Shown in pieces: positions 1-9,301 of a DNA stretch of 32,000 nt. The stretch is taken from assembly GCA_005191425.1 (NCBI GenBank), contig SUPR01000029.1, positions 1 through 32,000 of the forward strand. Reading direction: 5' to 3'. Each line of letters opens with the position of its first letter. The stretch's first letter is position 1. The notes beneath the pieces were generated by a model. It was not told where the DNA came from. It saw only the letters and a program-made list of their open reading frames with translations, and did not search any database. This DNA comes from Candidatus Helarchaeota ASGARD archaeon Hel_GB_B. GTDB taxonomy: Archaea; Asgardarchaeota; Lokiarchaeia; Helarchaeales; HEL-GB-B. A program made the translations under genes and the position numbers.

Positions 1-234
1 AAATCTTTTGTCCACTTGTTCAAATCTTTTGTCCACTTGTTCAAATCTTTTGTCCACTTGTTCAAATCTTTTGTCCACTTGTTCAAATCTTTTGTCCATC
101 TGTGCTTGCATCTGTTCAAATCTTTTGTCCATCTGTGCTTGCATCTGTTCAAATCTTTTGTCCATCTGTTCAAATCTTTTGTCCATCTGTGCTTGCATCT
201 GTTCAAATCTTTTGTCCATCTGTTCAAATCTTTT
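1..234. repeat. In-frame coding tandem repeat of 21-bp and 33-bp units
   Basis: On the + strand: 4x aaatcttttgtccacttgttc (1-84), 33-mer aaatcttttgtccatctgtgcttgcatctgttc (85-117, 118-150), 21-mer aaatcttttgtccatctgttc (151-171), 33-mer (172-204), 21-mer (205-225), then a partial unit to 234. No spacers. Confidence 0.97.
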
Positions 235-381
235 AGTATTAAATTCTATTAGATTTTTTATGTCCTCTTTTGTCGCTACAACCCCTGATAAAATGCGTAT
301 TAATACTCCTTTTATCTCATCATTCTCATTTATTAATTTTGGTAATACTTTTTTTAATTCTTCAATATCTATTGGAGTCAT
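1..381 (-). CDS. Coiled-coil heptad/hendecad-repeat protein (DUF3782/DUF1640-like), 5' part only; runs off the window edge
   Basis: Not in the ORF track because it has no stop codon in the window. My translation from ATG at 381 (GTGA RBS-like just upstream) is MTPIDIEELKKVLPKLINENDEIKGVLIRILSGVVATKEDIKNLIEFNTKRFEQMDKRFEQMQAQMDKRFEQMDKRFEQMQAQMDKRFEQMQAQMDKRFEQVDKRFEQVDKRFEQVDKRFEQVDKRF, 127 open codons. ATKEDI followed by FEQxDKR repeats is typical of these archaeal coiled-coil proteins. Confidence 0.85.
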   Translation of the reverse strand, partial: MTPIDIEELKKVLPKLINENDEIKGVLIRILSGVVATKEDIKNLIEFNTKRFEQMDKRFEQMQAQMDKRFEQMDKRFEQMQAQMDKRFEQMQAQMDKRFEQVDKRFEQVDKRFEQVDKRFEQVDKRF

Positions 382-940
382 TAATTTCACTGTTTATAGT
401 ATCTTTATTTTTTTCTTATTTATTTTATTGGAATCGTAATTTTTAAAGATTATTTTCTTTCATTTCTTTATTTTCAAAATAGACACAGAAATTTATTAAA
501 AAAGCCTTATGGATAATTAAAATACAATTATTCATTTTTTTAAAAAACAGAATACAAGGAATATTTTATTAAATTAATAATATTATTTCTATTTTTATGA
601 AAATATAAAAATATTAAAATATAATGAAATTATTCAAAATAAATTTCAGATAAAAATTTTTTATTTCTTAAAAGGATAGATATAAATAATATTTCTACAT
701 ATTAATTTAAGAAATAAAATTAACTAAATCAATTTTAAAATTCTATTTACTGAAGTAAAATTACTCTATTTTGATAAGATTATTATAATTTTTATTTTAA
801 AAATGTTAATAAAATAATAAATTGTTTATGAACCAACTTTCTTTTAATTAGAAAATAAGAATATTTGGTATTATCAAATTAAATAGTTTATTATTTATGA
901 CCAATTTCTTATTAAGCATTCTAATTTTTATGATGAAATT

Positions 941-962
941 TTTTGCAATGAGTGAACAAAAT
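941..962 (+). promoter_or_regulatory. Putative transcription-factor site TTTTGCAATGAGTG-aaca-AAAT, copy 1
   Basis: The 14-mer at 941-954 is identical to the copies at 11150-11163 and 24599-24612 (both - strand). TTTATAAA follows at 1023-1030, 68 nt downstream, upstream of ORF 1154. Confidence 0.6.
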
Positions 963-1153
963 TTTGTTAAAAAAGTTTAATTTAAATGGCAAAATGATTG
1001 ATTTTTAGAAGGTTTTGATTCCTTTATAAAGTAGTCTTATCATTATACTAATTTTGAATATAAATAATTTCTTTATAGAAAATTTAATTTTTAAAGCGAT
1101 GAAACTATTTGATTCAAATTTATAAAAGAAAATAATTTATAGAATGATTTAAT

Positions 1154-2410
1154 ATGTGTTTGATAGAGAAAAGCAATAAAAAAGCAGGTAAAAAGAGTAA
1201 ATTTAATAAAAATATTATAAAAAAGTATTTATTGTTAATTATAATATTTTATATACTTAACGGGTATATTTACTTAATTAATAATGTGAATGCATTTGAT
1301 AAATTTAGCTATGAACTTGAAAATAATTATACGGAATTAGACAAACCTGATTTTGCTATAACAAATGATTACATAGTTGCTTTAAACAGTTATATTTATC
1401 AAAACTATTCCTTTTATGTTATTAACAAAATTACAAGGAAATTAGAGAGGGTTGACACTTTAGAAGTTTTTGGGGAGCAATTTCAACCTTTGTTAGTAGC
1501 AGGTAATAATGATTTAAATTATACACAAAATTTAGTTGTAATGGTAAATGAGTGGGGTGATTTACTATTAGTTGATTTGAATCTTAATAAGATAATTAAA
1601 TCAACAAATTCGATATATTCAAATATTGATTATGAAATTAAGGGTTTAAAATATTACAAGCAATATATCATTTTAATCGCAAAAATTCCGAGTTCTAGCA
1701 GTTATTTTCTTGCAATTCTTAATGATGATTTGAGTTTGATTTATAATTTCTATTTAGAGGATAGTAGTAAGTATTTATTACAAAATTTGAAAATTTGTGA
1801 AAATTTTTTATTGACGATTTTTACACCAAAAGGTAATGAAAATATAGAGGATGAATTGTTCATATATAATCTGACGCAATTAGATGTACCACCCACAAAA
1901 ATAGTATTGGGAATAAATATATATGATTCTGCCATTTCAAAATATTATAATTTAATTTATATTGGAACTAAGGGTTCAATTATTTTTTTAGATTTAAAGG
2001 CATATTCAGTGGTAGATAGTTATAACCTCTCAATTATTCAATCATTGACTAATATTGGAAATTTAAAAGTTTATAACAATCAAATTGTTCTTTCATTTGT
2101 ATTTGATTCAAAAATTTACTTTTTCAACATTATTAATAGGACGAGTATTAATTATAAAGGATATATTTCAGGCCTAGAATTAGCAAATCAATTAGAGTTC
2201 GAATTTTTAGAACAATTAAGCAATAAATCTACTAGAATGGTAATAAATACATATACAAGTCTTCTTATAATCAAATTTAACCAAGATATTATGGATCCAT
2301 CCGTCTATGAAAAATATGGTATTAATATTCAAGAGTCTATGCCTATTATTTTACTTATTTTAGGCATTTCAGTAGTAGTACTATTTGTTCAACATAAAAA
2401 ACAAAAGTGA
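1154..2410 (+). CDS. Surface/membrane-anchored protein, possibly a beta-propeller
   Basis: Basic N-terminus with a hydrophobic stretch (YLLLIIIFYILNGYIYLI), a beta-strand-rich repetitive body, and a C-terminal TM helix with basic tail (PIILLILGISVVVLFVQHKKQK). Confidence 0.75.
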   Translation: MCLIEKSNKKAGKKSKFNKNIIKKYLLLIIIFYILNGYIYLINNVNAFDKFSYELENNYTELDKPDFAITNDYIVALNSYIYQNYSFYVINKITRKLERVDTLEVFGEQFQPLLVAGNNDLNYTQNLVVMVNEWGDLLLVDLNLNKIIKSTNSIYSNIDYEIKGLKYYKQYIILIAKIPSSSSYFLAILNDDLSLIYNFYLEDSSKYLLQNLKICENFLLTIFTPKGNENIEDELFIYNLTQLDVPPTKIVLGINIYDSAISKYYNLIYIGTKGSIIFLDLKAYSVVDSYNLSIIQSLTNIGNLKVYNNQIVLSFVFDSKIYFFNIINRTSINYKGYISGLELANQLEFEFLEQLSNKSTRMVINTYTSLLIIKFNQDIMDPSVYEKYGINIQESMPIILLILGISVVVLFVQHKKQK

Positions 2411-2416
2411 ATTACC

Positions 2417-4894
2417 GTGAAATATAAATTAGATAAATATAATGATTATGAATACGAAAAAAGGATAGCAAACTTTCTATGGAAGAGTAGAGAAAATAAA
2501 ACACAATATTATAATTTAAAAGACATTATTATGACTATCTTACTAATAACTATTAGTATTTTTATAGCAGAAGCTATGACCTTATGGGTTAATATGTTTT
2601 GGACTTTAGCATTTTTAACAATAATGATGTTTTTCTCGGCATTTTTAATAAAATATTCTAGATTTTATAGATTACTACCGCTTCATTCTTCAATAATAGA
2701 AGAAATACAGCTACCAAATTCTATTAAATATTTCTTTTTGTTAGATAAAAATAATAGACCTAATTATGATGTTTTGTTTATTGATAATGGTGATAAAACA
2801 ACAGGATTAACATTATTTAAAATTAAAGCTCCCTCAAAGAAATTGTTTTATAGTTTTAATGAGTTTGTTAGAGGATTATATGAGAAAAAGGATGTCCCAC
2901 TTTTTTGGTATCAAGTCCAAGAACCTGTTGAATATAAAGATTTTATTGAACTAGATTGCATAACAGAAAAAGCAAAAAATAAACTTCTAATGTATCCAAG
3001 AGATTCTCGTGAATCATTACTTGTAGTTCCAGGTGGAATCTGGCGGACCACTATAATTTTTGGTACAAAAGGATTTACCGTACCAAATGCTCCATTGAAC
3101 GAATTAAAATTATTGTTAAAAAAGCTTGAAGTCTTGCGAATTAAGTTATTGACTAATTTTAAAGGGGTATCTTCTGGAATACCGATTAGTCCATTGACTA
3201 AAAAAGAATTATTTTCACTGGTCAATTCATTAATGATTAACCAAGATTGTGAGCAGTCAGTTTTTTACCAAACAGGTATTGAAAATGTGAATCATTTTCT
3301 AAATTTTCCAAAAATGGCAATTAAAAGTTTGAAATCAAAATATCCAGCGGAATTTACAGTACCTACCGATCTACCATATGATATTGGCCCACTTGGATAT
3401 TCTATAGAACCAGAATTTCAATCTACAGAACGGAGCATTGGATTATATTCTAAAGAATTAGGGCATGGATTATTAAGTGTAGGGGCTATCCAAGATGAAT
3501 TATTTAAAATTAATACCTTAGTTTTATACGAAGCTGTCATTCAGGAATATTCGTTTATAATTATTACCAGTAATAAAAAATATAGAAAAATGCTACAATA
3601 TATAGATAACCTGACTATTTTTCCATATAAAAAATATGGTATAGATATTTTTAATGATGAAGGATTTGAGCGTGAAAAATATATCTCAGAATTAGAGAAA
3701 ATCTTCAAAATATCATTATCATTAGACCAAGATGCTCCGCTTTATTCGATTTTAATTGAAATATATAATGAAGGAAATAGAAGTATCGATGGCTTAATTA
3801 GGCTTATTGAAGACAAAATAAAAAATGAAGGAACTGATATGAATTATAGAGATAGACAGGCCATTAATACTCTTAAAGAAACTCTCGAATTACTATTAAA
3901 AAGTGAAACTGCTAAATTTTTTGAGCTAAAGAATTTACCAATAGATAATAGATTACATAATTCAATTTTTGAAATAGATATTAGACAAAGAAAAGTAAAA
4001 AAGATTGTAATTTTTCTATTACTTTTAAAATTCGCTATAAAATCAATAGTTGATCAAAATTTCGGAAAAAATTTAATAATATTAATTGATGATGCAGATT
4101 TTATTTTTCATGACGAACGGCCCTACTCGCATGGAAATTTAACAGAACGGGAATTAACGACAATTGAATTCCTTAAATTCTTAAAGAGGTCTGGTGTTAT
4201 TCCATTTTTATCAATTTCAAATCCTAAAGATATAATCCCAGATATTATTAATGAATTAGGGAATGCTTTTGTTTCAAATATGAAAATTTTCGATAATATT
4301 ATGGCTATAAGGCAAGTATTAAATTTAAATTTAAACCGTGGCCAAAAAACAGAGGAACATAAACCTACTTTTTATTCAGAATTACGTAAATATGGATATC
4401 AATTTGAATATTTAAGTGATATGGCACCTAATGAATTCTTATTGAAAAGACCTGGTGTTAGGACATGTTTTCCGATATCTATTAGGCCATTAGAATTTAA
4501 TAACATAAATTATTCTGATGACCAAATTTTAAACCGAACTTATACTCAGATCCCTGAACTTAGAAAAACATTCTCAATTCCTGATTATGAAACAGTCCTT
4601 GAAAAAGACTTTAAGGGCGATCAAGATGATATCAATTCAGTTTTAGAAATTCTAGAAATTTTAATGGAATATCCAAGGATCTCTTTAAGCGCAATCATTT
4701 CTGCAACTTCATTAAATCAGAAAGAAGTTGATTATTTTATTAAATCACTTAAAAAATGCAAGTATATTAGGGCAGAGCAAGTGAGAAGTGGAGCATTTAA
4801 CAGATATGAAATCATAATAACAGATAAGGGTAGGTCTGTATATAGAGAATATATTCATTTAAAAAAAAGATTGACAGATGATGAAAATGAATAA
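2417..4894 (+). CDS. Membrane-anchored VirB4/HerA(DUF87)-like protein with degenerate Walker A and a C-terminal winged helix
   Basis: Two N-terminal TM helices. ELGHGLLSVGAIQDELF...FIIITSNKKYRKM aligns by eye with the family pattern H-x-l-I-x-G-x-TGSGKT...viiiDpxGEY but lacks GKT. Walker B-like IILIDDADF; LSDMAPNEFLL is typical of the family C-terminus. A MarR-like wHTH follows (ISLSAIISATSLNQKEVDYFIKSLKKCKYI...ITDKG). GTG start 6 nt after the previous stop. Confidence 0.7.
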   Translation: MKYKLDKYNDYEYEKRIANFLWKSRENKTQYYNLKDIIMTILLITISIFIAEAMTLWVNMFWTLAFLTIMMFFSAFLIKYSRFYRLLPLHSSIIEEIQLPNSIKYFFLLDKNNRPNYDVLFIDNGDKTTGLTLFKIKAPSKKLFYSFNEFVRGLYEKKDVPLFWYQVQEPVEYKDFIELDCITEKAKNKLLMYPRDSRESLLVVPGGIWRTTIIFGTKGFTVPNAPLNELKLLLKKLEVLRIKLLTNFKGVSSGIPISPLTKKELFSLVNSLMINQDCEQSVFYQTGIENVNHFLNFPKMAIKSLKSKYPAEFTVPTDLPYDIGPLGYSIEPEFQSTERSIGLYSKELGHGLLSVGAIQDELFKINTLVLYEAVIQEYSFIIITSNKKYRKMLQYIDNLTIFPYKKYGIDIFNDEGFEREKYISELEKIFKISLSLDQDAPLYSILIEIYNEGNRSIDGLIRLIEDKIKNEGTDMNYRDRQAINTLKETLELLLKSETAKFFELKNLPIDNRLHNSIFEIDIRQRKVKKIVIFLLLLKFAIKSIVDQNFGKNLIILIDDADFIFHDERPYSHGNLTERELTTIEFLKFLKRSGVIPFLSISNPKDIIPDIINELGNAFVSNMKIFDNIMAIRQVLNLNLNRGQKTEEHKPTFYSELRKYGYQFEYLSDMAPNEFLLKRPGVRTCFPISIRPLEFNNINYSDDQILNRTYTQIPELRKTFSIPDYETVLEKDFKGDQDDINSVLEILEILMEYPRISLSAIISATSLNQKEVDYFIKSLKKCKYIRAEQVRSGAFNRYEIIITDKGRSVYREYIHLKKRLTDDENE

Positions 4895-5795
4895 ACTAAA
4901 GTTCATTTCTAATTTCATTATTATATTTTTTATGATTAATTTTATAATAGTAGGTTTAATCCCAAATATTTTTGGTATTTCTAATGCTACTCAGACATCA
5001 AATAATTTATATTTTTTATCGGTCGGAGAAGCGTATTATGAGTCAAAATCTAATGAACTTATACCAAATGAAGGACCAGCAATTTGGCATATTAAAACAA
5101 ATTTTGATAATGAATGCATATATATCTTATTTGATATTATGGACACAACAAATCCTGATAACAAAAATTTAGATCATTTGACATTTTATATTGATTTCAG
5201 CAATAATAATTATTTATCTGATAAATCGTCTTTTGGATTCTATATACAACGCAATTTATTAATTAAATATTACAGATACAATACAAATCAAGGAAATTTC
5301 GTTGAGGTATGTCCTCCCGATGACGGATCTATGGGTACTATACATATTTTACCTTCCTGGAAAGTTTATTATGTTTTTAATTATTCTCAATTTGGATATC
5401 CGAAATATCCCGAAAATCAGACGATAAAATTAATGGCAATTTATACAGACCATATTATTGGGTCTATTATATTAGATTATAAATATCCCAGTCTATGTAA
5501 CAGCTTATTAAAGAGTTCTTGGGCTACAGGGTATTTTATTGAAGGGTATTCAAATAATGATGCTTTTGTTATTACAATTTGGATATTAATTTTTATTATA
5601 ATTGCTGGATTTGCACTTATTTCATATAAACAATATAAAAGTTCATCAGAATTTCAAAAATTCAATAATAATAGACCTAAAAACAAAACAAATAGTTTAT
5701 TGAATTTTTCTATTCCAAGATTAAATGAAGAAGATTCTGGTGATGATGATATAAATTATGAAATTGATTCATTTGAAGGTTATGAACCATGGTAA
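4878..5795 (+). CDS. Single-pass surface protein with a DOMON/CBM9-like domain and acidic cytoplasmic tail
   Basis: N-terminal signal/TM; WHIKTNFDNECIYILFDIMD...DHLTFYIDF resembles the DOMON/CBM9-like pattern; C-terminal TM (VITIWILIFIIIAGFALISY) then EEDSGDDDINYEIDSFEGYEPW. Overlaps the upstream gene by 17 nt. Confidence 0.65.
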   Translation: MMKMNKLKFISNFIIIFFMINFIIVGLIPNIFGISNATQTSNNLYFLSVGEAYYESKSNELIPNEGPAIWHIKTNFDNECIYILFDIMDTTNPDNKNLDHLTFYIDFSNNNYLSDKSSFGFYIQRNLLIKYYRYNTNQGNFVEVCPPDDGSMGTIHILPSWKVYYVFNYSQFGYPKYPENQTIKLMAIYTDHIIGSIILDYKYPSLCNSLLKSSWATGYFIEGYSNNDAFVITIWILIFIIIAGFALISYKQYKSSSEFQKFNNNRPKNKTNSLLNFSIPRLNEEDSGDDDINYEIDSFEGYEPW

Positions 5796-6018
5796 ATTCT
5801 GAAATATTATTTGAGAAATCTCTTGTGTTAAAATTTTTAGAAATTTTTAAAATGAAAAAAATCAAATTGCTAAAAAAATGGGTTGATTATACAGCCCGAA
5901 TCATCTTTACCTTAAAAAATAACTGTAAAATACATTTGATATTATCAAAACTTAAAAAGAATTACATGTTTTATCATATAAAAACTTATATTCCAAATAT
6001 TAAATCTATATTAAGGAT

Positions 6019-8496
6019 GTGTGCAAAATGAAAAAGAAGTCAACATTAATTATTGTTATTTTCATAATAACTGCACTGGTACTCATAATTAATTTAAAAT
6101 ATATGAACCAAAATAATATTTTGACTAAAAAAGACCTAAAAACTAATATACAACATTCTCAAGCCGAACCTTACTTCTATACTGTATATTCATCAAACTA
6201 TTATACAAGCTCAAATTACTCTATATTTGGCGGTCTTGCTGATTTAAAAACAGAAGTTCCAGGATTCATGAGTATTTCAAAATCATTTCATGGAATAGAG
6301 GGCTTAATATATATTGAATATGAATTTGATATGAGAAATATATATACAGATATAATGGACACTTTCATAATAGATTTACTTGCAAACGGAGGAATGAACT
6401 TAACTGGAACGACTAATCTAACCTTATACGTCTATAATTATACTACAGACAATTATATATCGATCTATAAAATAAATGGAGACACTGAAAATATTTTTAG
6501 AAAAAATGGATACATTGAAGTAGAACTTTCAAAAATATTTGGTATTAATAATATAAAATATAATTTAATCTCGCAATATAAAATGAAATTCAAAATTGTA
6601 TTACATAATAAATTGGTTAATACAATACCTCAAGATTTTGAGCAGAAATTATACATTTATTATATCCAATTATTAATTGGAAAAGATATTGAAATTAGAA
6701 ATTTAGAAGCTTCAAGGTTGGTCGACCTCACAAATGGATATTTTCATGTAATAGGAAATTTGACTAATATGTTTGAATTAGATAATAAAACAATTCAGTT
6801 TGGAATTTCTAATGTATTTCAATATCAAACGGTAATAGCGAATTTTTATATTGAATATGACCTTGGGTATTTCGTAAAAGAGGAAATCCTAGGCATTTTG
6901 TTCCATCATTTAGACTGGATATATAGTTCTGGCGCTAGCTTTTATTGCGAAGATCCGTATATTTCAATTTTTAATTTCAATACCAATTCTACTATATCCA
7001 TTCAGTCAATTAAAGAAGATCCACAAAGCTCACTAGAGAATGTTGATCCAATAAGGTGGGATAGTCGAATCAGTGTGAATAAAACCGGCGTTATTAATGG
7101 TTCGGTTATTAGGGTCTATTATCATGCAAAAATTACAAATTTAGATCCAGCGCCTGCTTATTTTAGTATTACTATAGACCTGGGTACAATACAATTTGTA
7201 AGATCGCTAAGTCCTTTTGTAGCTAATGTAAATGTAATTGACAATTATGAATATTGGGGAAATAATGCTTGGATAAATGGGACTGTCTACAAGGGAAAAT
7301 ATGATTTGGCTAACATTACTATTGAATCCTCAGGTGATGTTATTTCTACTGTTCCAGGTTATTTTGAATACCCAATAGTTATAAATTCTGAGGGACAATA
7401 TGAATTTTATGTAAAAGCAACAGACATATATGGCTATTCTAGTATTTCCGGCCCTTATTATATACAATTCAATAGCCACCCAGTCCAAATTAACTTATTA
7501 CTCGAAGAATTCCCATATCCAACCCCTCCAGATTTACCTAAAATAGATGTAAATATCTTAATTAAAGATGCTATTTTTAATATACCTTTGTCCAATACTT
7601 TTTTTGATCTATTTGTCGAACGAAATAATACCATAATAACAACTTATCGTAATTTATTAACAGGAGAAGATGGGACTTATCAACTTTATTACGATGTAGA
7701 ACGCGATAAATATCTTGATATAGAATATAAATTTACAGTTGAAGTCCATCAAATGATGAATTATCAATATGCTTCAGCATCATCATATATAATGCCTACA
7801 CTTGCACCTTGTTATATCACAATAATTAATTATACAATATCTAACAATGCTTTTGCAGGGGATCATTTTAGTTTACAAATTGAATATTATTCTCTTGCCA
7901 ATTTTACAAATGCTTGGTTATTATTAAATAATTCAATAATTAGTGATTTAAATCTCCATGAAGGAAATAATACAATAAATATTATTAATGATAGAGCTGG
8001 GTTATGCAATTATCAAATTCGAGTTATTAATGACCACGGCTATTCTAATATTTCAAAACCATTATACCTATATTTTAAACCCAATCCTATTATTTGTGAA
8101 GTTAAACATGTAATTAATTATTTAAATAAATACTTATTCATTAACATTTCAATTTTGGATAAAAGGACTAATCAGACACTACCTAATATCCCTATTGATA
8201 TCACTATTTATGATAATAATTTAATATTCTGGAAAACAACACTTCCTTCTACTTTACCATACACTCCAATATATATTCAATTCGATTTATCTTCTCATAA
8301 TTTCTCAATATTTGTAAATATCAATAATACTTCGTTATATAAGGGCCAAAGTATTAAAATTTTAAACATAGCCTTTAAATATAAACCATATCCATATTCT
8401 GAAACAATTCTTATGGTCGTATTATCTGGTGTGGGCATATCTGTCTTTTTTATTCAAAATAAGAAAAACAATATACACATAAAAAAGGAGGATTAA
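6019..8496 (+). CDS. Large cell-surface glycoprotein-like protein with Ig-like segments and a C-terminal anchor
   Basis: KKKSTLIIVIFIITALVLII signal/TM (the real start may be ATG 6028). Many N-x-S/T sequons, Ig-like stretches (DVNILIKDAIFNIPLSN...TGEDGTYQL), and a C-terminal TM with FIQNKK. Confidence 0.75.
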   Translation: MCKMKKKSTLIIVIFIITALVLIINLKYMNQNNILTKKDLKTNIQHSQAEPYFYTVYSSNYYTSSNYSIFGGLADLKTEVPGFMSISKSFHGIEGLIYIEYEFDMRNIYTDIMDTFIIDLLANGGMNLTGTTNLTLYVYNYTTDNYISIYKINGDTENIFRKNGYIEVELSKIFGINNIKYNLISQYKMKFKIVLHNKLVNTIPQDFEQKLYIYYIQLLIGKDIEIRNLEASRLVDLTNGYFHVIGNLTNMFELDNKTIQFGISNVFQYQTVIANFYIEYDLGYFVKEEILGILFHHLDWIYSSGASFYCEDPYISIFNFNTNSTISIQSIKEDPQSSLENVDPIRWDSRISVNKTGVINGSVIRVYYHAKITNLDPAPAYFSITIDLGTIQFVRSLSPFVANVNVIDNYEYWGNNAWINGTVYKGKYDLANITIESSGDVISTVPGYFEYPIVINSEGQYEFYVKATDIYGYSSISGPYYIQFNSHPVQINLLLEEFPYPTPPDLPKIDVNILIKDAIFNIPLSNTFFDLFVERNNTIITTYRNLLTGEDGTYQLYYDVERDKYLDIEYKFTVEVHQMMNYQYASASSYIMPTLAPCYITIINYTISNNAFAGDHFSLQIEYYSLANFTNAWLLLNNSIISDLNLHEGNNTINIINDRAGLCNYQIRVINDHGYSNISKPLYLYFKPNPIICEVKHVINYLNKYLFINISILDKRTNQTLPNIPIDITIYDNNLIFWKTTLPSTLPYTPIYIQFDLSSHNFSIFVNINNTSLYKGQSIKILNIAFKYKPYPYSETILMVVLSGVGISVFFIQNKKNNIHIKKED

Positions 8497-8500
8497 TATT

Positions 8501-8779
8501 TTGCACTATCTATTTAATTTTAATGATTTTGTAATTATTGTTAATGATCTTTTTGGCAATATTTTTCAATTTTTAATAATATGTGCTACATTATTATTAA
8601 TTGTAAACCTTCTTCTTTACTTTTTCACAAATCAGAAAGATTTAAAACCTATATTAACCTGCATAGCTACAGTAGGAATTTGTACTCTTCTAAATTATTT
8701 GATTTTTGGCCGATTCCCTTCCTTACCTCCATTTTTACAATTTATTGAGGTATGGATCAAACAACTATTGGGACTATAA
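8501..8779 (+). CDS. Small two-TM hairpin membrane protein (VirB2/CedA1 pilin-sized)
   Basis: TTG start 4 nt after the upstream stop, with GGAGG RBS at 8487-8491. Two hydrophobic helices separated by the charged loop TNQKDLKP. The pilin assignment is inference only. Confidence 0.6.
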   Translation: MHYLFNFNDFVIIVNDLFGNIFQFLIICATLLLIVNLLLYFFTNQKDLKPILTCIATVGICTLLNYLIFGRFPSLPPFLQFIEVWIKQLLGL

Positions 8780-8902
8780 TTTAAAACAATACTAAAAATG
8801 AAAGAAATAAAAATATTGATCCATATATAAAAAATAGTTGCTAAAATTAGTGCCCAATAAATAAAATATTTATCAATAAGTTTCAAATTTATTGATTTAA
8901 AT

Positions 8903-9283
8903 TTATATATTCCAAAAATCATAATAAAGTGATCCAGGGTCTATATTATCAGTATCTACATATATAGTCTCTAATTTTTCAATTAAACTTTTGGTTTCAT
9001 TATAGAATTCGATGGCGTCTTCCTTTTTTCCAAAATTTTTAATGAATTGAATTTCATTATTATCATAATTAAAAAAAATGTGGTCAAAATTAAGCCTAAA
9101 GTTGATCAATTTTAACATTTCTAAAAAGGTTTCAAATTGGGATAATTTAATCGTGCTAAAGAAATTATTAGAGAATAACTTTTTGAACCCTGATGAAATT
9201 AATAAAAGTACTTCATACTTATCTGATTTTTGTAAAATTTCGAGAAACCCGATTCTATTGTCATAATTTTTAAATTCGTTCAC
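8903..9283 (-). CDS. Hypothetical protein, 126 aa
   Basis: Protein-like composition; last gene of the apparent 11023-8903 operon (18-nt gap to the upstream gene). Confidence 0.6.
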   Translation of the reverse strand: MNEFKNYDNRIGFLEILQKSDKYEVLLLISSGFKKLFSNNFFSTIKLSQFETFLEMLKLINFRLNFDHIFFNYDNNEIQFIKNFGKKEDAIEFYNETKSLIEKLETIYVDTDNIDPGSLYYDFWNI

Positions 9284-9301
9284 TTTAATTCCTCTAATTT
9301 C

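Noticed and set aside
1-234. CRISPR array
   Set aside because: The units abut without unique spacers, have lengths that are multiples of 3, and encode a coiled coil on the - strand.
8-439. + strand ORFs 8..439 and 16..252 (STCSNLL / FKSFVHL repeats)
   Set aside because: Shadow frames of the repeat; the - strand frame gives a recognisable protein with an RBS.
382-1153. Replication origin in the long AT-rich intergenic region
   Set aside because: No ORB-like G-string repeats and no cdc6/orc1 nearby; a divergent promoter region explains it.
5789-6031. 80-aa ORF bridging 5795 and 6019, and the 60-aa ORF 11100..11282
   Set aside because: Intergenic AT-rich frames dominated by Lys/Ile/Leu; the second overlaps the fen stop and the regulatory motif.
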